Source of the DNA: Girardia tigrina
Taxonomy: Eukaryota
Direction: 5' to 3'
NCBI GenBank assembly: GCA_001938485.1
Contig: MQRK01214937.1
Location: forward strand, 1-60,096
Length of the DNA stretch: 60,096 nt
Shown here: piece after piece, positions 12,769 through 22,341 of the stretch
How the letters are laid out: every line of letters begins with the position of its first letter
How positions within the stretch are numbered: position 1 is the first letter of the stretch
Program-made: the position numbers and the translations under genes
Notes under the pieces: generated by a model
The model's input: only the letters and a program-made list of their open reading frames with translations
Told to the model about the DNA's origin: nothing
The model's database searches: none

Positions 12769-13266
12769 CTTTAAAATTGTCATTAATCGGTCGACAATCG
12801 ATAGCATCAAATCGATTCAATTGGGTCAACTCGAAAAACAAATCGATATTCGTTCGAGAATTTCGTGAATAAACCGAGAAAACGTCGCCCGATTGGAAAT
12901 CGATTGAGTGATTGGAAAAGGTAATTAATCGAGTGTCTTGGAAATGAGTGGATGACGTCATGAGGAGATTGGATTTGAGAGAGAATTCCGTGTAACCCGA
13001 AGGACACTTGATGGGATTAGGTGTGTTATTGGGACAAGAAAAATCTTGCATCACTTCAATAATCGTTCGTTTTTGACGATAAAAATACGAATACAAATCA
13101 TCGATATTCGCGGCATCAGACAACTCAATCAAACGTTCTTTCTCCAAATCATTATCAGAAAGACACGCAAATTTCTCGAAAAACGAATTTCTCGGAACGG
13201 AATTCAAATCGAATCCACACAAAATAACATTCAACAAATCAACACTTGACGTTAATAATTTCGGCA
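12769..13266 (-). pseudogene. NDOR1: NADPH-dependent diflavin oxidoreductase FAD-domain fragment with its two halves in swapped order
   Basis: DLNSVPRNSFFEKFACLSDNDLEKERLIEL...YSYFYRQKRTIIEVMQDF and SNLLMTSSTHFQDTRLITF...FQSGDVFSVYSRN match the NDOR1/Tah18 motifs VPRRSFF...RPRRTILEVLCDF and HFQDVRLIEF...GDV. Confidence 0.85.
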
Positions 13267-14074
13267 CTAAAAGTATTCGATTTGATAATTATTATCAATA
13301 AATAAATAAACGGCGATCTTTGACCCGAAACCTTGACCACACGAGCGAAATTGCAGTAATTGAAAATCGATTATGGTGCTTATTGGTACTAGTGATAGTA
13401 GTAGTAATCGTCATGATGGCAGCGATAAAGACGCACTCGATCACCACTCTCACACTAGAGACTCGCCGGGAATTCGTCACACGAAGCGATAACCCGCGGC
13501 CGCATCGAGACACAATTAAACTGTGTAATTTATTTGTTTATTCTGGCACAAATAAAAGATAATAATAATAAATATCGTAATGATTTTGATTAAAATTTGT
13601 ATAGGATAAATTAAAATAAATATGTTTAAAAAATTGAAATTTTATCATTGTAGTTAGCTTAAATTAAAATTAAAAATTACACAAATAACAAAATTTTCTG
13701 TAATCTAAAATCTATTAACATTTATAAAATATAAGTTCAAAAAAAAATTTTTCAATGCATTATTAAAAAGAATTCCACACAAAACGACACAACAAATGAT
13801 TCAACAGTAAATTCCCAATTTGTTTTACTGCATCAAATGTCATTTAGTATTTACACCGTTATATATTATCTAGAAGTATAGAAATCGTTCCTTGTCTCTT
13901 CTCCTTTTTTTTTATTCATTTTAAAGTAATTGCATTCATTTAATATTCACAAATATTAATTATATATTATTTTTTTATATAAATATTAATTAAAATTATA
14001 AAATTAAATTATATATAAATATAAATGAAATAAAAGTAATTAATTAAATAATTAATTTATTATATAAACATATA

Positions 14075-14938
14075 ATTAATTCTTTTAAATATTTTAAAAT
14101 TTATATATTGAAATGATAATTATTTAATATTAACATTACTATCTATATGGACACAACTCAATGATCCCTCGGACTCGGAGACGGATTGTGATGCACCCCC
14201 ATGTCGGCCTCTGCCTTCTTCTCTATTAAGTAATAATCAACGAACTACTAGATATAAGAGTTTTATTAGAATTATTAAATATTACAAGCAGGCATAACAA
14301 TAAAATATAACATGTAAATCGAATAAAACAATATACCGTAAATGACTACCTTGGTTAAATTGATTGAATAAAATTCTTCTCAAATCAAATAAAATTATTT
14401 TAATTGAATGGGGTAAATAAAAATTCTTCGTAGACCGGAATTCTCCTCGAATTCAGTTGTACAAGATTTTTAAAAATATCTCGAATTCAGTCGTACAAGA
14501 TTTTTAAAAATGTCGTGGTCTGAAATCGAGGGTCGCTGCTCTACCTTATATACCCAACGGATGTACTATCAGAATACACACAATCCGTCCGGTATCCAGC
14601 GAAGACGGTCACGCAAGATGTGCGTGATCAACAGGAACACGAGGTAAATTTTTTGTTTATTGTTCATATATTTATTAAGTTCACGTAGGACACTCGTGGT
14701 TAACTCGTGCCAATATCGTCTGGATTCGAATTCCAGATTTCAAATGTCAATGGTAAGTACTATTAATTAAAATTTTAACTTTTGTTCTTTTATTTTAGAA
14801 GGGCTCCTCATCCTGTTCGGAGTTCGGCGTGCATTTACAATTGACGGGGGATAGTCGAGTTTGACTATCCCCCACACTCAATAACTTTGGCGCGCGTCGG
14901 GCAACGAATGGGCGAAGGAGTCATCCTGGGCCGTAACA
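14075..14938. repeat. Dispersed LTR-like repeat, family B (second copy ~39065-39890)
   Basis: Colinear similarity with 39065-39890 ends sharply at GGGCCGTAACA in both copies. It contains a TATA-like box and a strong hairpin. Confidence 0.8.
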
Positions 14939-16902
14939 AAGAAGAAATAGTTAATAAAAAATAAACCAAAATCGATAAAGTTACCTCCAAAATCCACCCG
15001 ATGGCCAAAATTGTGAAGTAAAACCTCCCCGCGTAGGTCTCGGCGACCGAAAACCATTTTCCTCCATGATCTTCGGACGAAAAGTTATAACCCTGCAAAG
15101 ATATGTAAATTAGTAAACAAAAAAACTGAGATTAATTAAAAAATTACCGTGACTCAGGCCGCGATCTAAAAATAAACTCGTACGACCTGAATTGACCGCA
15201 TGATGACGACCTGAATGATGACGTGGATCGGCACACAAGCTCCAAAATCTATAATAAAAATAAAATTTTAAAAATTTATTTGAAGACACACCTACTTGGT
15301 TATCCAACCAGCAGCAGCAAAAAACCCAGAAGAGTAGCTGGCGTTGACTGATTGGTTAAATCTGGAACACAGGGTGTCCTTCCAACCCTATAAGTACAAT
15401 GAACATTTTGTCATCAAACGCACAATTAATTACACAATTAACTCTAAGCATTTAATTTTACGCAGTGATTTAACCCAGAATTTACGCAAAATTTGAAGCA
15501 CCAAGCCGAGCGCCAATTCGAAGAATAATAATTACGAAGCGAAGAAATTAGAATCTTACGAAGAAAAGAGAATCTATACTAGAGACCGTACCACCGAGGA
15601 GAATAAAAGGGAGACTCGACACAATAACCGACGAGAAGAATTAATCGACCGAAGCATTCTGACCGATTTCGAACCGCTATCAAAAATGTAATTAGAGTGA
15701 AGTTATTGTTTATTTTATATGTATTGAAAATATGAATATATGTATTGAAATAATTATTTTTTTTATTTATTTATTTGTTTATTTCGTTAATTAATAAGTA
15801 ATTAGAAAAAGCACGAATTACCTCTTAGGTTTATAATTAGTAGAGTCGTCGTTCCGCCGTTGTCCCTCGTTAATCATGTCGCGAGTTGAATTCCCGCTAA
15901 GTGCGTCGTTAGAGGACGCAAGGGGATCAAACAATCCTCATCATCGTCGGCGTAAGATCGATATCAGGATCCGAATTTTTCAGCGGTCGCCGCATCGACT
16001 CGTTCCTTGACGAGGTGGGGCCGCCAGTGCGTTCCTATCGGACGCGATAATCCGAAAAAATGCCGATTTGCGTCGAGAGAACGAGAAAAATCATCGCAAT
16101 TTGTTTTCTCGGCGTGACAAGCATATTTAATTGATATACTTAAACAAAATAAATTTTTATATGCTCTAAAGAATACATAAAGTTAATAATTATTTTAAGA
16201 ATTGAGTTAAAGTGAAACCGATTGTAGTAGATGAAGTCAATTTTATAAGTGATTTTTAATGATTTACAAATTTAACGATTTATAAACGAATTTTAATGAT
16301 TTATGAATTTAATGATTTGCGATTTGGCGTGTAAATGAATTCTAATAATCTTCGTAATATTTTGAATTTGCTTTAATCTGACGATTTAGTTAAAGTGAGA
16401 GTAGAATTTTTAAGTAAATTTTTAAGGAATAAACGAAATTTGAACTTATCTATTTAGCTTCGACTTATTATTGCCTGATCAAGTTAATTATTCAACGAGA
16501 TTTTATTCCGTAAACATCTAATAGAATTATGAAAATTAGTTAAGAACCGTTTCAGGGATTAGTGTGTTCAGGATTTATTGAATATAAAATAATGAATTTC
16601 GTAAGAAAATTCCTCACCGTAGTACTGGTAATAACATTTCTACTTAATAACAGTGATAAATTCGATCTTTTGAATTGGTCGAATATTGTTTTGATAATTA
16701 TAGGAGTTGAGTTAATTTGAACCTTCTTTAATATAGTAACATTGAATTCTAGTAATTTCGATGTCGATTTGATAACGACCACTATAATGCTGGTTGGCAG
16801 ATAAGTCCGGAATCAATAATCTGGCTTAATCCGATAACTCGTAGCGCTTATGGAGAAAACTATCGATAAGGAGATGCTGGTCGATATATTGAGAGATAGT
16901 AA

Positions 16903-17440
16903 TGTTAACGACACACAGTGACATTCTGTCAGATAAGACCCTCGGGAGTGCAACAATACTATAAATTACCAAGTGACATAACAATACCGCAAGTCTAATC
17001 CTACACGACAGAACACATCGCCTTAAGTTTCTAAAACAGAGATACATAACAGTGCAGCAAGTTTACAGGGAGACATAACATTGCCTCAAGTTTCCGAAAC
17101 ATAGACACACAACAGTGTAATGAGTTTTATATTATACAACAGTACCGTAAGTCTCATGCCACACAGAGATGGAGTATAAGTCATCCCCGAGCAACACTCC
17201 GCTAGGTGGGGGCCAATAGCCCATCCCATCTTTATTGGAACCCGATGGCCCTTCAGACTCGGCACTGCCAGGCAGATGTCGAGCGAGAAGAGGCGTCCGA
17301 TCCATAAATAAAGAGAATAGCGATATAGGTATTAGAATGAATTGTAAAAAATGTGAATCAAAATCGGGTTGTGGCTGACCCTTAATAGTCACTGGGGGCT
17401 CTGAGCACTTAAAACTGTTATGAACAAATGAGTCGTGACA
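16903..17440 (-). mobile_element. Solo-LTR-like element, family D, abutting the truncated 5' end of LTR A
   Basis: TGT at 16903 and CGTGACA at 17434-17440. The minus strand begins TGTCACG...CTCAGAGCCCCCA. It has an internal degenerate ~30-bp repeat array. Confidence 0.5.
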
Positions 17441-19277
17441 TTATTAAAGGAAGAAATTAATTAATAGACGCCCACGTATTCCTTGTTTAATTAATTGCAC
17501 TTGTTAATTATCCTTTTTCTGGGACACCTAAAGACTTTGATTTAACAAGGGTCCCTATTAAATTTCTGTAATGTTATACTTGCAGTAACATTTTTGGACA
17601 TGCAACGTATTATTTTTCATGAGAATGTCTTGTTTTTTGTTTGAGGAGTTTTGATTCTTGTATAAATATGTGCTCGATTTTTGTAAAAAAATAATAAAAA
17701 TAAACGTATTCCACATTTTGGACTCCATTTTTATGGTAAAATCTTTGTTTTATGGAGGATAGAGAGTTGAGGTTTTGATGGCCGCCGATCCGTCGACAGG
17801 TAACGGCAGGTGCTTTTATAGCCTGCCGCGACTGTTGACGATCTGGCAGCTGAAGATGAGTAATAACTCCCCAACACATTCGATAATATCACCATGAAGA
17901 ACTCAACTCGCTAACCTCTATCAACCTTTTTTCCTCTTTGTTTTTCTTTTGTGTTGATGGTTAAAGGAAATGTTCATCGTCATTGTCGCTCTTCTCTCTT
18001 AGGAATGCAAATTGCTCTCTTAGGTGAGCAAAAACGAGTCGCAGATTCTAGCCCTGTCTAAAGAAAATCAACGGCTCCTTCAGGAAATCCAGGTATTGAA
18101 GCAATCAAATGACCAAAAGGAGGCCCAATTATCGAGACTCAATGCGGAGTTTGAGGACTACAGAAGACAGTCAGTCCCAATGTCGGTACATTGACCCATG
18201 GTCAAAAATATGTTCAATCTCAACAAAGAAATAAACAACTTCAAATGAACGTTGATGAAGAGAGAACCCAACAAAATATTATGAGCTATCAACGTAAAAT
18301 GGTCCAACGAGTTTCTCAAGAGCACCCGGAGCTAATTGTTGAGGCGGCTAGGAACATAGAAACTAAGATAGTCGATGATCCAAGAAACAAACCTACAACC
18401 TCCAAATCAAGAGTTTACGCCTCAATAATAAGAGAATATATGGCATCCTCTTCTCCGAGCATCATCAGCCGAACATAGAAACGGCGAGAACAGAGGAAAC
18501 GAAAAGCCTAACTGGACCAACAAGCGCGAATTGAAGTGGAGGTTATCAAAACCCATACGCGTTTGGATACAGTGGTTGGAGAGCAAGAAATCCTGGACGA
18601 AGGTGGTTTCGATTTTGAGAGGATTGACCGATCGCCACAGCCCAGCATACATAATAAAATCGCCGTACCCCTTTTAAAGATTGGTATTGAAGAAGTAATC
18701 AGGAGGCAAAAATGGTTAGATTGGGAAGCCAAGTACAAAACATGGAAGGAAGGTCGAGACCGCCTATTGTACTGATCAATCACAACTGGTCAAAACGAAG
18801 AATTTGTGGTTTCGACCGACTCGGTTGATTAATGACGATGAACAGATTCTTCCTTTTTTATTTTTCTTTTGATTGATTAACAAATAGCAACATTTAGAAT
18901 TTGATTGCGTTTTTTCTCTTGTGGTCTATCTATAAAAATATAAAAGATAAAAATAAGTAGTCTAATCTAAATAACAAATAAATAATCAATTAAATTAGGT
19001 AATGATTCATAAATGAATGCAGCATATGATATTAAAGAACATAAAGACACAGAATTCCGATCGATAAAAAACAAACAAAATTTTCAATCATTAGGAACCC
19101 GGTAGATACTTGATTTTGTTCACTGGTGAAAGGATGGGAGCAGATGAACTTAATTGGGTATGGCATAGACCATATACCAACATCAGGAAGAGGTACCTGA
19201 TGGGGTTTATGCCAAAATTAATGTTGGAATTGAACCCATAATTAATTTATTTAAAATAAAATTTATTGAACCCAGTA
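17441..19277 (+). mobile_element. Family A LTR (lacking the first ~70-80 bp), 5' LTR position
   Basis: High identity to 34469-35121 + 40595-41831. It ends GAACCCAGTA (other copies CCCAACA/CCCAGCA) and is followed by a PBS. Confidence 0.85.
18005..18832 (+). pseudogene. LTR-encoded ~270-aa coiled-coil protein with Arg-rich motif (unknown family), disrupted copy
   Basis: ORFs 18191-18478 and 18536-18775 join into one frame when compared with 40595-41384. A splice acceptor (ctcttag) precedes it. Confidence 0.75.
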
Positions 19278-19286
19278 TATTATTTA

Positions 19287-19304
19287 TGGGGGCTCAGCTG
19301 GGAT
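19287..19304 (+). promoter_or_regulatory. Primer-binding site, tRNA-Pro-like (copy 1)
   Basis: TGGGGGCTCAGCTGGGAT matches 15/18 of the canonical tRNA-Pro PBS TGGGGGCTCGTCCGGGAT, after a 9-nt spacer from the LTR end. Confidence 0.75.
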
Positions 19305-19584
19305 TTGTTTAAACAATGAATTTTTGTTTTTTTTTTGAAGTAAAAGAATTACATGATAACATTTTTTTTGAGAAATTGCCGAAATTTTTATTTAGTCTAA
19401 TGAAAATTTCAGAAGGTTTTTTAATGATGGCATATGTATTGGAATTTATTCCACGTCAACGGACAATATTTGTGTGGGTTTTATTGTCTTTGGTCAGTGG
19501 AAAAATGGCAGTTAATTATTACAAATGGTACGTCGAAAACACCATCAAAATAAATTGAGAAAAGAAAAACCGAAAGATAAATTT

Positions 19585-19925
19585 GAACCTAAATAACAAA
19601 TAAATAATCAATTAAATTAGGTAAGGACTCATAAATGAATGCAATATATGATATTTAAGAAGAAAAATATACAGAATTCTGATAAAAAAAACAAACAAAA
19701 TTTTCAATCATTAGGAACCCCGTAGATACTTGATTTTGTTCACTGGTGAAAGGATGGGACCAGATGAACTTAATTGGGTATGGCATAGACCATATACCAA
19801 CATTAGGAAGAGGTACCTGATGGGATTTATGTTGAAATAATATGTTGAGATTGAACCCACAGTTACTTTAATTAAAATAAAATTTATTGAATCCAACATA
19901 TCATTTATGGGGGCTCAACTGGGAT
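19585..19925 (+). repeat. Family A LTR 3' fragment plus PBS (copy 2; PBS 19908-19925)
   Basis: Repeat of 18964-19304, ending ATCCAACA then TGGGGGCTCAACTGGGAT. Confidence 0.85.
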
Positions 19926-20221
19926 TTAATATATTTATAATTTCTAATTATATTATTTCTTTTTATTTAAAGACAAAGTTGGCTGCACTGATTTTGCTTG
20001 CAAATTTTTTATTTGAAAAGGAGTACTTAACCATGGTGGGATAACATTTTACATGACAAGTACGAAAATCAATAGGACAGTTTAATTGTTTTTTATATTT
20101 ATTGTACATGCGACCATTTAAAAACGATAAACGAGTAGTGTATTTTAAATTATGGGAAATATTTACAACTGATAAAATAAAATTCTGTAAAGATAGCGTT
20201 TAGGTAAAATTATAAATGTCC

Positions 20222-20472
20222 ATGGCTCATCATGTCCATTAGTTCATTCAAATCTGTATGCTTCCCTCTCTTCGGAGATATTCCAGTAAACTGCCCTTGC
20301 TCAACAGTTACGTTACAATATAGATGGGCTCATCCCTGCAAATGATATAAAGATTCACGAGATTTGCATGATTTAGTTTTTCTTTATTCGAGCATCTTTT
20401 AGGAATTCTTTCTTGGCCGTGGTATCAGGTTTAAGGTTTTCATAGCTACATCAATTGTTTTTTTCCACAGAC
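20222..20472 (-). pseudogene. Src/Frk-family tyrosine kinase exon (subdomains II-V), decayed
   Basis: After acceptor cgtttag the sequence reads [81 protein letters not shown], with three frameshifts and one stop. It is absent from the ORF track. Confidence 0.85.
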
Positions 20473-21389
20473 CTAAACGATTAAATACTAACACATATAA
20501 CAATAATTATGATTAGTAAAATAAAATGTAAATGGTAATCTTTAATGATATAGCATGACAATAGAACTTTCATATTATGAAACAAACAATAAAACTATCT
20601 ATAATTTCAAAAAAAATATTTGAAAGTACAAATAAATGTATAAAAACTGCATTTATTTATTTATTAATTATCTAAAAAGAAATTGTAAAATTAATTGATT
20701 TCTTACCTTTATCAGAACTTTCAAAACGTGGAGTGCCAATTCATTCATAACATATGTGAGGAGAAAGAGAAAAATCCCCATAGATATAATCCAAATAAAC
20801 GTCCCGCGTTTAAGTCGAAAGAAACTAACTGGAAAAATATAATAAATATAGAGAAAATATGATAAATTTAAATACCGTTGATTAATTACGGTTATTATAA
20901 AAATAATATAACAAATAAAACGAAATATAATACTCTATATTTTATAAATAAAATGTTACCTAAAGGAAAAGCGATACCCTTATGAAAAAGGAGAACAAAA
21001 ATAATTTTTTTTGATTTATTAAATTTCATTTATTTGAATTAACACATTAAACTATAATGAAAAAATATGTATATAATAAATAAACAAATAAATAAATTAT
21101 ACATATAATATGTTTAAAATTATACATAAAATATACATAAAATAAATTATAAAACACTAAATTGATGTAATCACATATTTTACTAAAACAATAAAGAACT
21201 CAAATCTTTCTTAATAAGATTTTCCGTAAAAGGTAAAGAATAAAATCATATTTTAAACAATTTTGAATACATGTCTTCCAAGAAAGTATAAGTTTTGAAA
21301 ATATATGTGAAATAATGAACAGAACATTTGAGAAAGGTTGCAACTTCCAGTTAAATAAACAGAAGTTTAATTATAGTTTAACAATTAAA

Positions 21390-21628
21390 TCGCCGTGAGT
21401 CGAGATTTTAAAGCTGAACTCGTGATGGCGGATACCTTTTAGAGAAAAAAAATCACCACGATATGAGGTAAAACTACTGAAAATCGTCATGGTGGATACA
21501 TTTAAGATATTAAAATTACCACGGAGAGCGGAAATTGAACCTGCGCGCCCGTAGATTTTTAGGATTGTTGGCCGGTCCAGATTTTGAGGATTTAGGAGGG
21601 AACAATAGGCCGTAACCGTTATGGTAGA
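21390..21628 (+). repeat. Structured leader block; diverged second copy at ~23670-23846
   Basis: aatcgtcatggtggataca...gcggaaattgaacctgcgcgccc...cgtaaccgttatggtaga occurs at both sites. Confidence 0.85.
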
Positions 21629-22341
21629 CATCCTGGTCGAAGGTGATTTCGATTTTAAGAGGATTGACCGATCGCCACAGCCCAGCATGGATAACACAAT
21701 TGCCGTACCCCTTTCAAAGATTGGTATTGAAGAAGTAATCAGGAGGCAAAAATGGTTAGATTGGGAAGCCAAGTACAAAACATAGAAGGAAGGTCGAGAC
21801 CGCCTTTTGTACCGATTAATCACAATTGGTCAAAACGAAGAATTTGTGGTTTCGTCCGACTCGGATGATTAATGACGATGAACAGATTCTTCCTGTTTAT
21901 TTTTATTTTGATTGATTAACAAATAACAATATTTAGAATTTGATTGCGTTTTTTCTCTTGTGGTCTATCTATAAAAATATAAAAGATAAAAATAAGTAGT
22001 CTAACCTAAATAACAAATAAATAATCAATTAAATTAGGTAAGGACTCATAAATGAATGTAATATATGATATTAAAGAACATAAAGATACAGAATTCCGAT
22101 CGATAAAAAACAAACAAAATTTTCAATCATTAGGAACCCGGTAGATACTTGATTTTGTTCACTGGTGAAAGGATGGGGCCAGTTGAACTTAATTTGGTAT
22201 GGCATAAACCATATACCAACATCAGGAAGAGGTACCTGATGGGGTTTATGCCAAAAGTAATATGTTGGAATTGAACCCATAATTAATTTAATTAAAATAA
22301 AATTTATTGAACCCAACATATTATTTATGGGGGCTCAGCTG
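21629..22341 (+). repeat. Family A LTR 3' portion (to 22318) plus PBS (copy 3, from 22328)
   Basis: Repeat of ~18590-19300, ending ACCCAACA then TGGGGGCTCAGCTG. Confidence 0.88.

Noticed and set aside
14939-16119. Separate LTR ending CGTGACA
   Set aside because: Single copy, with no matching left end, TSD or PBS found.
17752-17897. Short upstream coding exon in LTR A
   Set aside because: No frame is open in all three copies; the conservation is better explained by the hairpin.
18422-18783. Minus-strand ORFs over the LTR gene (also 21371-21823, 41077-41343)
   Set aside because: They are antisense shadows of the plus-strand frame, which is the one conserved in the divergent LTR.
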